This document shows positions 9,638 through 19,947 of a DNA stretch of 64,000 bases, one piece after another. Positions within the stretch are counted from its first letter, which is position 1, and every line of letters begins with the position of its first letter. The position numbers and the translations under genes were made by a program. The notes below the pieces were generated by a model. That model ran no database searches. It was not told the DNA's origin and worked only from the letters and a program-made list of their open reading frames with translations. Where the stretch lies: NCBI GenBank assembly GCA_002082305.1, contig LSNO01000081.1:2041-66040 (forward strand), given 5' to 3'. Source of the DNA: SAR324 cluster bacterium SAR324-CTD7B (GTDB lineage Bacteria; SAR324; NAC60-12).

Positions 9638-10007
9638 GCCTGCTAACGCAATACAAAGTCGGGTAGCACCAAGTTTTGAGAATTGTTGCAAGAAATCACC
9701 GAATAACGAAAACAGTAATATTTTTCTTCGTTTCATCCTGAGCTTAATCAAGGTTTATAGATCTTGTGTATCTCCTTTTTTGCCTGCTTCCTGCCGGTTT
9801 TATCCCACTTGTTCGGCATATGCTCTGGAATCTTATCAAACTCTGGGTTTGATGAGAGGTACCTATCTGAGTTTATGGCGGATCTTGAAATGTAATCCGC
9901 TGCATCCCGGAGGTGTTGATCCGGTTCCAGGAAAATCTGGCCCAGAACCAGCTGATAATGCGGTAATTTCTGAAAGAAACTTACACAAGCTTAAAATTTA
10001 TGGATAA
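9630..10007 (+). CDS. yidD: Membrane protein insertion efficiency factor YidD; true start uncertain, probably internal
   Basis: Carries the conserved SCRFYPTCSAYALES motif and sits between rnpA and yidC. Confidence 0.75.
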   Translation: MSEPANAIQSRVAPSFENCCKKSPNNENSNIFLRFILSLIKVYRSCVSPFLPASCRFYPTCSAYALESYQTLGLMRGTYLSLWRILKCNPLHPGGVDPVPGKSGPEPADNAVISERNLHKLKIYG

Positions 10008-11769
10008 AAACACTTTACTGGCAGTAGTACTCTCAGGTGCAATTATGGTTGGATGGTATGCCATGTTCCCTCCGCCGGATCCGCCTCCTCGAGAGATTGT
10101 AAATACCGTAGATCAGGAATATACAGACAGGACCAAAAATTCGGTGAGACAAGAATCTACTGAACTTAATGTTGAAGATTCTACCCTTTCTTCAACTGTA
10201 CCTTCGTCATCAATTAAGGAAGTTGACAGTAGTTTACCATCAAAGGAAGTAACCATAGAAACAGAGAATTACAGGTTGGTTTTAGACACCAAAGGTGGAA
10301 TTGGAAAAAGTCTGCAGTTAAAACATTATAAACATACAAAGCCCAGGCTTACTTTGAGTACCTGGTTCCCATTTCTTACCAGCTTCATTGGTCCAGATTA
10401 TCTTGATGAAGTAACAGTGGACAACCGTGTACAAATGTTCGGGAATCATTTGGAAGGAGTACCCGCTTTTGCTCAAGAGTTTAAGGGAGATGCAAAAACC
10501 ACTGAAATGTTTCGCAATACTGTATTTTCTGCAAGTCAAGATCATGTTGTGCTGGAAGAAGGACGCCTGAATACTACACTCACTTTAACCTCACCCATAG
10601 TGAATGGGCTCCAGATGGTTAAAATCTTCGAAGCAAATCCTGATAGTTATATTTTAAATTATCGTATTCAGTTGATCAATCGCTCCAATGATGTTCGTCC
10701 TTTGGAAGTGCTTTATTTTTTTGGAGAACAGCGGCTTGCAGACAATGGCGGCGGAATGCAACAAGTTTCTCATGAAGGTCCAGTCTTTTTTTTCGATGAG
10801 AGTCTGCAGACTGAAAGCACTGAAAACATAGAAAATGAACTGCCCGTAACGCAAATGAAATGGTTAGGTGTTGAGGATCAATATTTTATTGGTGCGGCAG
10901 TTCCAATGACTCCGGTAAAGAACGGTTTTTTTAGAGCAGGATCATACATTTCTGAACCACAAGCTAATCAGTTGGGAGAGAGAAAATTGTCTCCATATTT
11001 TGGTGTAGCTCTACCGAAGACAAATTTACAGCCAAATCTTCTCGTTGAGTCAGATTTTAGAATGTTTTATGGCCCAAAAGAAGATCAAGAATTGCTGAAA
11101 TTTGGGCACAATCTGGAAATGTCTCACGACATGACTCTGGAAATTCTGGCAGCACCACTGTTGGATTTACTACGCCTGATTTACGGTTATGTTGGAAACT
11201 ACGGTGTTGCTATTATTATTCTGACGATTATAGTTCGTGTAGTTTTGTTTCCTCTGACTTTCAAGGGCATGAAAAGTATGAAGCGTATGCAGCAGTTAAC
11301 TCCGAGGATGAAGAAACTACAGGAAAAGTATAAAAAAAACAAAGAAAAGCTGAACAAGGAAATGATGGAGCTGTATCGTAAAAATAAAGTCAATCCGCTT
11401 GGTGGTTGTTTACCAATGCTGCTCCAGATCCCCGTGTTTTTTGCGCTTTATAGCTCACTTTCAAGTGCCGTTGAATTGCGACATGCACCTTTCATCTTTT
11501 GGATTAGTGACTTGTCGCAACCGGACGGATTGGGGATTACGCCCTTGCTGATGGGGGCATCTATGTTCATTCAACAAAAATTGACCCCACAAACCGCAAT
11601 GATGGACCCCACACAGGCGAAAATCATGCAAATGCTGCCCTTCATTTTTACTATTTTTACCTTCACTTTCCCATCCGGATTGACTTTGTATTGGGTAACG
11701 AGCAATATCCTTTCGATTGCCCAGCAGCAAATTATCAACCGGATCAAAACACCCGAGTTACAACACTGA
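10000..11769 (+). CDS. yidC: Membrane protein insertase YidC
   Basis: 589 aa with an N-terminal TM helix, a large periplasmic domain and the conserved C-terminal five-TM core (YGVAIIILTIIVR..., PLGGCLPMLLQIPVFFALY). Confidence 0.9.
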   Translation: MDKNTLLAVVLSGAIMVGWYAMFPPPDPPPREIVNTVDQEYTDRTKNSVRQESTELNVEDSTLSSTVPSSSIKEVDSSLPSKEVTIETENYRLVLDTKGGIGKSLQLKHYKHTKPRLTLSTWFPFLTSFIGPDYLDEVTVDNRVQMFGNHLEGVPAFAQEFKGDAKTTEMFRNTVFSASQDHVVLEEGRLNTTLTLTSPIVNGLQMVKIFEANPDSYILNYRIQLINRSNDVRPLEVLYFFGEQRLADNGGGMQQVSHEGPVFFFDESLQTESTENIENELPVTQMKWLGVEDQYFIGAAVPMTPVKNGFFRAGSYISEPQANQLGERKLSPYFGVALPKTNLQPNLLVESDFRMFYGPKEDQELLKFGHNLEMSHDMTLEILAAPLLDLLRLIYGYVGNYGVAIIILTIIVRVVLFPLTFKGMKSMKRMQQLTPRMKKLQEKYKKNKEKLNKEMMELYRKNKVNPLGGCLPMLLQIPVFFALYSSLSSAVELRHAPFIFWISDLSQPDGLGITPLLMGASMFIQQKLTPQTAMMDPTQAKIMQMLPFIFTIFTFTFPSGLTLYWVTSNILSIAQQQIINRIKTPELQH

Positions 11770-12027
11770 TCAGCTGTTCTGTTTTTCAGTCTTTTCCATA
11801 AAACTCAATTTTCCTGGTTAGCAGAAAACTTGATTTTGTTCAGAATTTCTGTTCTTCTCTATATGTTATAGTGTCAATAAAGGATCATTCATGAGCGAAA
11901 AGCTTTGCCTACTCATGATATATTTTGACTTGTTTTAATAGTTGGTTGAATAAACCAAAAGAATAAAACCATAACTTCATAAAGTTTAGTGCAGAGCTTT
12001 TTATAAAGTATAATTTTAGTTTCCTAT

Positions 12028-15000
12028 ATGTATCAATATCCTGAAAAACAAGGGCTTTACGATCCTCAATTTGAGCACGACAATTGTGGTGTGGGATTTG
12101 TAGTTCAGATAAAAAATCGGCAATCTCACCAAATTGTCGAGCAGGGACTGAGTTTACTCTGCAATCTGAGTCACCGGGGAGCACTTGGCGCAGATCCAGA
12201 TACAGGAGATGGTTCTGGAATTTTGATTCAAATTCCCCACCAGTTTTTTGTTGAAGAATGCCAAAGTTCCGGGTTCCATTTGCCTGAATCCGGAGAGTAT
12301 GGGATTGCCTCCATTTTTCTTCCTCAAGATCCTTATGCCAGAAGACATTGTGGCGAAGTGATTGAAAGTCACATTGTTGAAAAAGGGATGGATTTGCTGG
12401 GGTGGCGTGATGTTCCGATTGACAGAGGATACATTGGAAAACAGGCTCTTGCCACAATGCCAGCTATGCGCCAATTGTTCATGGGGCATCGCAGGTTTGA
12501 AAATTATAATCAGGACCGCTTTGAAAATAAATTGTATGTAACGCGTAAAGCCATACGTTCATCACTGCAGGATGTTGAAGGTTTTATGATTATCAGCATG
12601 TCCTCACGTACCATAATTTATAAAGGGATGCTGATTCCACATCAGATGGGGAAATTTTTCATTGATTTATCTGATAAACGCTTGAGGAGTGCTTTGGCGT
12701 TGGTACACACCCGTTTCCCGACTAACACCTTTCCGCGCTGGGATTTGGCTCAGCCTTTCAGAAATTTGGCTCACAATGGAGAAATAAACACACTGCGCGG
12801 TAATATAAACTGGATGCTGAGCAGGCGTCCGACTTTAAAGTCACCATTGTATGAGGATATCAGCGAACTGCAGCCCATCATTATTCCAAGAGGCAGTGAT
12901 TCCGCCTGCATGGACAATGTTTTCGAATTCTTGATTCAATCCGGCTATTCTCTCCCACATGCAATGATGATGATGGTGCCGGAAGCATGGGAGCAAAACC
13001 CGGAAATGACTCCTGAAAAACAGGCATTTTATGAATACCATGAACATTTAATGGAGCCCTGGGATGGTCCGGCATCTCTCACTTTTACAAATGGTGTTCA
13101 AATTGGAGCGACACTGGATCGTAACGGATTGCGTCCGTCGCGATATGTAGTGACAAAAGATGATCTGGTCATTATGGGCTCTGAAGTAGGAGCCGTCGAG
13201 ATTCCTCCGGAAAATATCAAATTTAAAGGGCGTTTACAGCCGGGCAAGATGTTTCTTGTTGATACCAAAGAGGGAAGGATTATTGATGATACTGAATTGA
13301 AAGCTAATATTTGTGACGCTCAACCTTATTCGCAGTGGCTGAAAGAGAATATGCTTGAATTGTCTGATTTGCCAAAACCGGATCAGGTACCGGAAACGGA
13401 TTTTGAATCACTTTTATTAAGGCAGAAAATTTTTGCTTATACCACCGAAGATATAAATTTATTATTAACTCCAATGTTTACAAACGGTGTTGAAGCTTCA
13501 GGTTCAATGGGGGACGATACGCCGTTAGCCGTGCTCTCAGACAAGCCGCGGCTGCTTTATGATTACTTCAAGCAAATTTTTGCACAAGTTAGCAATCCTC
13601 CGGTTGATGCAATCCGGGAAGAATTGGTGATGTCACTGACAAGCAGGTTGGGGTCTGAAAGAAATATTCTTGATCCCGGACCAAATCACGCAAAGATGTT
13701 GAAACTCTTTCATCCAATACTGAGCAATGAAGAGCTTGCACAAATTAAAGCACTCGATAAACAGGACTTCAGATCGAAAACTTTAAGTATGCATTTTGAT
13801 GCAGCTTCAGGTGTTGAAGGGTTTTCCAGAGCGCTTAAAGAACTTTGTGAAGAAGCAGAAAGTGCAGTGAATTCCGGTACAACTTTTGTGGTTTTGAGTG
13901 ATCGCGGTGCAGCTAAGGATCAAGTCCCAATTCCTGCCTTATTAGCAGTAGGGGCAGTTCACCATTACCTGACTCTCAAAAGGGTACGCTACAAAACGGG
14001 TATAATTGTGGAAACCGGAGAAGCGAGGGAAATTACACATTTTTGCTTACTTGTAAGTTATGGTGCAGGTGCGATCAATCCGTATCTGGCTATTGAAACT
14101 ATAGAACAAATGATTCAGCAAAAGGAGTTGCCTGAGGAATTAACGCTGGAAAAAGCTAATCAGAATTATTGTAAGGCCATTCGTAAAGGAATGTTTAAAG
14201 TTTTCTCGAAGATGGGAATTTCTACCATACAAAGCTATCGTGGCGCTCAAATTTTTGAGGCGATTGGACTGGATGAAGAACTGATACGGGATTATTTTAC
14301 AGGAACTCCATCCAGAATAAGCGGTGTTGGTATAAGAGAAATTGCCCAGGAAAGCTTATTGAGGCATGAAACGGCTTTGGAAAAAACTCCGGAAACTAGA
14401 GAAATATTGTCTGGAGGAGGATTATATCATTGGCGCAGAAACGGAGAATTTCATCAAATTAATCCGGTCATGACAAACACTCTACAGAGAGCTGTCCGCA
14501 AAAACAGTCAGGACGCTTATAATGAATTCTCACGTCTCGTCAATGAACAGAAACAGCGTTTTTCTACACCGAGAAGCTTGTTTGAGTTTGCAGAAGGAAC
14601 TCCAATTTCGCTTGATGAAGTTGAACCTGCTGCGGAAATTGTAAAGCGATTTGTGACTGGAGCGATGTCACTTGGATCGATCAGCTCTGAATCACACGAA
14701 ACTATGGCGATTGCCATGAATCGCATCGGTGGAAAAAGCAACAGTGGAGAAGGCGGTGAAGATTCTGCACGTTTTGAAAAACGAACAAACGGAGATTTCC
14801 CAAACAGTACTATTAAACAAGTTGCTTCAGGACGTTTTGGAGTTACAATCCATTATCTGGTCAACTGTACAGAAATCCAAATTAAAGTCGCTCAGGGTGC
14901 CAAGCCGGGAGAAGGCGGACAACTACCTGGGAATAAAGTCAGTGAGGAAATTGCAAAAATTCGCAATTCCACTCCCGGAGTGACCTTGATTTCACCGCCT

Positions 15001-16530
15001 CCGCACCACGATATTTATTCTATCGAAGATCTGGCTCAGTTAATTTTTGATCTGAAAAATGCTAATCCACAAGCAAAAATCAACGTTAAGCTGGTGGCAG
15101 AAGCAGGAGTTGGTACCATTGCTGCGGGAGTAGCAAAAGCTCATGCTGATGTCATCACAATCGCTGGTCACGACGGCGGGACTGGTGCGTCACCTTTGAC
15201 CTCGATAAAACATGCGGGAGTGCCGTGGGAACTTGGGCTTTCTGAAGCACAGCAGACATTAATGTTGAATCAATTGCGCGGTCGGGTACGTTTACAGACC
15301 GACGGTCAACTTAAAACCGGAAGGGATGTAGCGGTAGCGGCTTTGTTAGGTGCAGAAGAATTTGGTTTTGCGACTGTTCCATTGATTGCTATCGGCTGCA
15401 TTATGATGCGTAAATGTCACCTCAATACGTGTCCGGTCGGTATTGCCACACAAAATCCTGAATTACGTAAAAAGTTTGTTGGCAAGCCGGAACATGTCAT
15501 CAACTATTTCTTTTTTGTAGCAGAAGAACTACGGAATATCATGGCTAAACTGGGTTTTCGCAAAGTTGATGAAATGATAGGACGAACAGATATGTTGAAG
15601 CAGCGCACGAACGTAAACCATTGGAAAGCTGGAAAAGTTGATTTATCAGCAATCCTGCATCAGATTCCTGTGGGAGAAAAGGACACTCCTTACTGTACTC
15701 AGAAACAAGATCACGGACTGGACAAACAAATTGATCTTAAGCTGATTGCAGAATCTAAAGATGCGCTGGAACACAAAAAGGCAGTAGAGTTTGTGTTACC
15801 GATCAACAATGTGAACCGCTCAGTCGGTACTATGTTAAGTAGTCATATAGCCAAAAAATACGGTGCAGAAGGTTTGCCGGATAACACAATTCACTGCAAA
15901 TTTGTGGGTTCTGCAGGGCAAAGTTTTGGAGCATTCCTGGCTCATGGTGTTACTCTTGAGCTTGAGGGTGAAGCCAATGATTACACGGGAAAAGGTTTGA
16001 GCGGCGGCCGGCTGGTTGTTTATCCTCCCAAAAAATCTACATACAGTGCAGCTGAAAATATTTTAATAGGCAATACTGTACTGTATGGAGCAACTGGCGG
16101 AGAAGTTTTTTTCTGCGGTATTGCAGGTGAACGCTTTGCTGTCCGTAACAGTGGTGTAATGGCAGTGGTTGAGGGTGTTGGCGACCATGGTTGTGAGTAC
16201 ATGACAGGTGGAAGGGTAATTGTGCTTGGAGAAACCGGAAAGAATTTTGCCGCAGGAATGAGTGGTGGGATTGCTTATGTTTTGGTAGAGAACCAATCAT
16301 TCCATTCACGCTGCAACACTGAAATGGTTGAATTGGAAATTGTGAGTGAACTGCAGGAACAAAAATGGCTCCGGAAATGGATTGAGCGACATCAAGACTA
16401 TACAAAAAGTTACCGTGCGGCAAGTTTATTGGAAAACTGGGAAAAAACATTAAGTCAGTTTGTAAAAGTAATGCCGATAGAATACCGGGCGGTATTGGAA
16501 AAAATGAAAAATAAATCCTCGATTAAATAG
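12028..16530 (+). CDS. gltB: Glutamate synthase large subunit
   Basis: 1500 aa starting with the N-terminal amidotransferase CGVGFV, followed by the FMN and GXGXG domains. Confidence 0.95.
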   Translation: MYQYPEKQGLYDPQFEHDNCGVGFVVQIKNRQSHQIVEQGLSLLCNLSHRGALGADPDTGDGSGILIQIPHQFFVEECQSSGFHLPESGEYGIASIFLPQDPYARRHCGEVIESHIVEKGMDLLGWRDVPIDRGYIGKQALATMPAMRQLFMGHRRFENYNQDRFENKLYVTRKAIRSSLQDVEGFMIISMSSRTIIYKGMLIPHQMGKFFIDLSDKRLRSALALVHTRFPTNTFPRWDLAQPFRNLAHNGEINTLRGNINWMLSRRPTLKSPLYEDISELQPIIIPRGSDSACMDNVFEFLIQSGYSLPHAMMMMVPEAWEQNPEMTPEKQAFYEYHEHLMEPWDGPASLTFTNGVQIGATLDRNGLRPSRYVVTKDDLVIMGSEVGAVEIPPENIKFKGRLQPGKMFLVDTKEGRIIDDTELKANICDAQPYSQWLKENMLELSDLPKPDQVPETDFESLLLRQKIFAYTTEDINLLLTPMFTNGVEASGSMGDDTPLAVLSDKPRLLYDYFKQIFAQVSNPPVDAIREELVMSLTSRLGSERNILDPGPNHAKMLKLFHPILSNEELAQIKALDKQDFRSKTLSMHFDAASGVEGFSRALKELCEEAESAVNSGTTFVVLSDRGAAKDQVPIPALLAVGAVHHYLTLKRVRYKTGIIVETGEAREITHFCLLVSYGAGAINPYLAIETIEQMIQQKELPEELTLEKANQNYCKAIRKGMFKVFSKMGISTIQSYRGAQIFEAIGLDEELIRDYFTGTPSRISGVGIREIAQESLLRHETALEKTPETREILSGGGLYHWRRNGEFHQINPVMTNTLQRAVRKNSQDAYNEFSRLVNEQKQRFSTPRSLFEFAEGTPISLDEVEPAAEIVKRFVTGAMSLGSISSESHETMAIAMNRIGGKSNSGEGGEDSARFEKRTNGDFPNSTIKQVASGRFGVTIHYLVNCTEIQIKVAQGAKPGEGGQLPGNKVSEEIAKIRNSTPGVTLISPPPHHDIYSIEDLAQLIFDLKNANPQAKINVKLVAEAGVGTIAAGVAKAHADVITIAGHDGGTGASPLTSIKHAGVPWELGLSEAQQTLMLNQLRGRVRLQTDGQLKTGRDVAVAALLGAEEFGFATVPLIAIGCIMMRKCHLNTCPVGIATQNPELRKKFVGKPEHVINYFFFVAEELRNIMAKLGFRKVDEMIGRTDMLKQRTNVNHWKAGKVDLSAILHQIPVGEKDTPYCTQKQDHGLDKQIDLKLIAESKDALEHKKAVEFVLPINNVNRSVGTMLSSHIAKKYGAEGLPDNTIHCKFVGSAGQSFGAFLAHGVTLELEGEANDYTGKGLSGGRLVVYPPKKSTYSAAENILIGNTVLYGATGGEVFFCGIAGERFAVRNSGVMAVVEGVGDHGCEYMTGGRVIVLGETGKNFAAGMSGGIAYVLVENQSFHSRCNTEMVELEIVSELQEQKWLRKWIERHQDYTKSYRAASLLENWEKTLSQFVKVMPIEYRAVLEKMKNKSSIK

Positions 16531-16545
16531 CAGCAGTATTAACAA

Positions 16546-18081
16546 ATGGGAAAAGATACAGGTTTCTTAGAATTTGATAAAGAGAGCCCGCCGCTGCGTC
16601 CAGTGGATGAAAGAGTGCGTGATTTTCAGGAATATTACACTTTTTTGTCTGAAGAAAATTTGCAGCGTCAGGCCTCCCGCTGCATGGATTGCGGTGTACC
16701 GTTTTGTCACATGGGCTGTCCCCTGGGCAACATGATTCCCGACTGGAATGATCTTGTTTATCGTGGACACTGGAAAGAAGCTCTGGCTGCATTACACAGC
16801 ACCAATAATTTCCCGGAGTTTACCGGCCGTATTTGCCCTGCACCATGCGAGGACACTTGTGTTTTGAATGAACATTACACTTTGGATGCAGCAGAAAAAC
16901 AGCAAAAAGTGAATGTTGTCACAATTGAAGAAATTGAAAAGCACATCGCTGAGCGAGGTTGGGAAGAGGGCTGGATACAACCTCAACTGCCTGAAAAACT
17001 TACCGGTAAGTGCATTGCGGTAGTGGGTTCCGGTCCTGCCGGACTGGCAGCGGCACAGCAGTTGCGGCGTGCAGGACATGATGTGACTGTTTTTGAAAAA
17101 GACAATAGAATAGGTGGATTACTGGTTTACGGTATTCCGGATTTCAAGTTGGACAAAAAAGTGGTTACCCGACGCGTTGAACAACTCCGTGCAGAGGGGA
17201 TCAAGTTCCGGACAGGAGTCCATGTAGGCGTGGATTATTCAGTCAAAGAACTGCGGAACAGTTTTGATGCTATCCTGTTGGCAACCGGTGCGCAAAATGC
17301 GCGAAAGTTGATGGTCGAAGGCAGTGACTTAGAAGGAGTCCATTATGCAATGCACTATCTTCCGCAGCGCAATCGTGAAGTCGCCGGGGATTCCATTCCG
17401 GAAGAGCAAAAAATCGAATCCGGAAACAAAAAAGCAGTAATTCTCGGCGGCGGATTTACAGCAGCTGATTGTTTGGGTAACCTAAATCGGCAAGGTGCAG
17501 ATCCTAACATTCATCAGTTTGAACTGGTTGATATGGTGCCGCGTCCTACTCCAGTGCATAAAGAAGCGAATCCGGATTGTAGAGCCAATATTTTGACGGA
17601 AAAGATAATCAGCGACGACTCAGGCCGGGTTAAAGCTTTGCAGGCGGTTTGTGTAGAATGGAAATGGGAAGCAAAGGGAAACTCTGCGCCTGGTCGAATG
17701 ACGATGCAGCGTGTTCCGGGGTCAGAGTTTAGCGTGTCCACTGATTTGGTTTTTCTGGCATTGGGATTTTTGGGGCCAGAATTGGATGGATTACTGGAAG
17801 GACTGGGAGTTGAGTTGAATGTTCGTGTAGGAGAAAAACCTTTTACATCTGAGCAAGTTAAAAAATTGCTGAAAAACGCGCAGCCGATGTATGATATTTT
17901 TTCAGATGAAAATTTTATGACCAGTAAAGACGGTGTGTTCGTAGCAGGTGATGCAAATCGTGGTGCCTCGCTTGTAGTTTGGGCCATTTGGGAAGGGCGT
18001 GAGGCTGCACGTTGTATCGATAAATATTTGATGGGAACCACAAGTCTCCCAACGACACCTCAGGCAGAAGTGCTGGTATAA
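16546..18081 (+). CDS. gltD: Glutamate synthase small subunit (NADPH-dependent)
   Basis: 511 aa with Fe-S cysteine clusters and the FAD/NAD Rossmann motif VAVVGSGPAGLAAA. Starts 16 nt after gltB. Confidence 0.9.
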   Translation: MGKDTGFLEFDKESPPLRPVDERVRDFQEYYTFLSEENLQRQASRCMDCGVPFCHMGCPLGNMIPDWNDLVYRGHWKEALAALHSTNNFPEFTGRICPAPCEDTCVLNEHYTLDAAEKQQKVNVVTIEEIEKHIAERGWEEGWIQPQLPEKLTGKCIAVVGSGPAGLAAAQQLRRAGHDVTVFEKDNRIGGLLVYGIPDFKLDKKVVTRRVEQLRAEGIKFRTGVHVGVDYSVKELRNSFDAILLATGAQNARKLMVEGSDLEGVHYAMHYLPQRNREVAGDSIPEEQKIESGNKKAVILGGGFTAADCLGNLNRQGADPNIHQFELVDMVPRPTPVHKEANPDCRANILTEKIISDDSGRVKALQAVCVEWKWEAKGNSAPGRMTMQRVPGSEFSVSTDLVFLALGFLGPELDGLLEGLGVELNVRVGEKPFTSEQVKKLLKNAQPMYDIFSDENFMTSKDGVFVAGDANRGASLVVWAIWEGREAARCIDKYLMGTTSLPTTPQAEVLV

Positions 18082-18102
18082 CAATCGTTAAAACTAAATA
18101 TT

Positions 18103-18915
18103 GTGAGCAAAAACAAACTTATATTTTTGACTGCCTTCGTTGGTTTTGTGGGCCTAACTGTTTATGCTCTCTGGAAAGAAGTAAGCCGCGGCACTGCTCA
18201 ATTACAGTACAGCATCAGCGGTGTGATCCTTTCCGGTCCGGGAGCAAGAGGAATTGTCAAAACTGACAATGCTCATGTTTTGCTCTTTGATCCGGAAACA
18301 TTTGAATTGGTTGCTTCGAAAATTCTCAACCCTTTTTTACCGCCTTCAACATTTAGTATCGGACAGGATGACGCAAGTCAACCGCTCAGCGGCTCTTATC
18401 GCCTGCTTGTACTCACCGACAAAAATGGGGACCCAAATCTTCCTACAGCTGGAGAAGTCATTGGGCCTCTATCTCAGCCGTTACCTTTAGGAACTGAGGG
18501 AGTAAAATATTCTGTGGACCACCCTTTTCAGGTTTTTCCTGCGGAACTTTTGGCTGTCGAGACAGATTCTCCAGATACGAGTATCCGGGGCACAATCACC
18601 GTTGCTCCTGAATTGCAGAGTAAACTAGGTTTAGAAGATAGATTGGTGATCATGCTCTTTGATCCACAACAAGGCCGTCCTGTTGCCATCAAAATGCTCC
18701 CGAGTTTCAGGCCACCACAAAATTTCAGTATTGGCCAAACTAATGCTATGGGAGGTCAACAACTCAGTGGAAAGTATTCTCTCAGAATTCTTACTGATAA
18801 AAACAGTCAGCCGTTTCAATCTGTTCCTGGAGAAATAATAGGTCGTTCACAAGGTCTGATTTCTTTGGGAACCGGTGATTTGGAGTTTGAACTGGATCAG
18901 CCCTATATTCGCTAA
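18103..18915 (+). CDS. Hypothetical membrane-anchored protein with an internal tandem duplication
   Basis: One N-terminal TM helix. Two ~90-aa repeats (FSIGQDDASQPLSGSYRLLVLTDKNGDP... and FSIGQTNAMGGQQLSGKYSLRILTDKNSQP...). Lies 22 nt downstream of gltD. Confidence 0.55.
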   Translation: MSKNKLIFLTAFVGFVGLTVYALWKEVSRGTAQLQYSISGVILSGPGARGIVKTDNAHVLLFDPETFELVASKILNPFLPPSTFSIGQDDASQPLSGSYRLLVLTDKNGDPNLPTAGEVIGPLSQPLPLGTEGVKYSVDHPFQVFPAELLAVETDSPDTSIRGTITVAPELQSKLGLEDRLVIMLFDPQQGRPVAIKMLPSFRPPQNFSIGQTNAMGGQQLSGKYSLRILTDKNSQPFQSVPGEIIGRSQGLISLGTGDLEFELDQPYIR

Positions 18916-19096
18916 TCCATCGGCAATAATTAGGGTTTACTGAAAAAGTATTTATTTTGTCATTCCGGACTTGATTTGGGATTCAGATTCACGATCAGAT
19001 TGAGCACAGGATTTTAAACTGTATTCATGGACTCCAGGTCTTTTCTGCGCTTTGTCCGGAGTGATAATGGAGATGAATTGAAAGCGGCAAACCTGA

Positions 19097-19855
19097 TCAA
19101 AAAATTACTTCCGGTCTGGCTATATTGAGAGCTTGATCAATATTTTCACGAAAGCAGGCACGGTTAGGGAAACCTCCGGGCTGAAGATATTTTTCCGGAG
19201 GTATGCTCTGCTCAAGCTCACGATTCTTTTTTGTGACGGTCATCTTTTCTCCAGTACGTCCGAGTCCACTCATTTTGAATCGATAATGAGCCTCCAGTTG
19301 TTCGTCATGAATCCGGAGGAAACAGAGCACGTAGTCCATGTTGGGATATTCCCGTGAATCTGGAGGAATGAGCTTGACCTCAGTCCATTCTGATTTTCGT
19401 TTCTGATATTTTTCCAAAAAACGAAATTGAGTCGTGAAAGTTTGCAAATAATTTTGCAGGATTGGATGCAGGTTAATCTGTAAATTAAGCCGTCCACCTT
19501 CAGTTAGTGCTTCATCACCGCCAAAAAGCAGATATAATCCACCCTGTTTGTCAGTTATCTGGCAGTCTGTAGATAAATTGAAATTCCAGCCGAAAGTTAG
19601 TTCAGAGCCGGCCTGCAGTGCAATATCCTGAGCTGCTACTTGTTTTTCGAGAACTTCCCAGGGACCCCCCGTACCTTCTTTGAAAGCTTTTTTTAAACCA
19701 TGTGCAAGAATAATTTGGGAAGTTTTTACAGCAACAGTTTTGCTGCTCATGTTCCTGATTCGAAGTTGACCTTTTACAACTTCTCCCTGATTCCATGACT
19801 CTCCCTCAACTTCAATTTGATGTTCCAGAGGTTGCTGAAAATATACGCTTCTCAT
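19097..19855 (-). CDS. Hypothetical protein
   Basis: 252-aa ORF with no family recognised by eye. Confidence 0.45.
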   Translation of the reverse strand: MRSVYFQQPLEHQIEVEGESWNQGEVVKGQLRIRNMSSKTVAVKTSQIILAHGLKKAFKEGTGGPWEVLEKQVAAQDIALQAGSELTFGWNFNLSTDCQITDKQGGLYLLFGGDEALTEGGRLNLQINLHPILQNYLQTFTTQFRFLEKYQKRKSEWTEVKLIPPDSREYPNMDYVLCFLRIHDEQLEAHYRFKMSGLGRTGEKMTVTKKNRELEQSIPPEKYLQPGGFPNRACFRENIDQALNIARPEVIF

Positions 19856-19947
19856 TTGATCTCTTTAATTTACTGTTTTAAAGGCCTGGAAAACATGGAA
19901 ATTTAGGTCAGGCCGGATGTGATTATTAGTTTAGATTCCCGTAAACC

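Noticed and set aside
18951-18962. Short shared motif TTGTCATTCC near 18955 and again at 57620, where it forms the hairpin CATTCCTGC-TTTCG-CGGGAATG
   Set aside because: Only about 10 nt are shared between the two sites, too short to call a repeat family. The 57625..57650 hairpin may be a local terminator or attenuator between map and hflK, but the evidence is weak.
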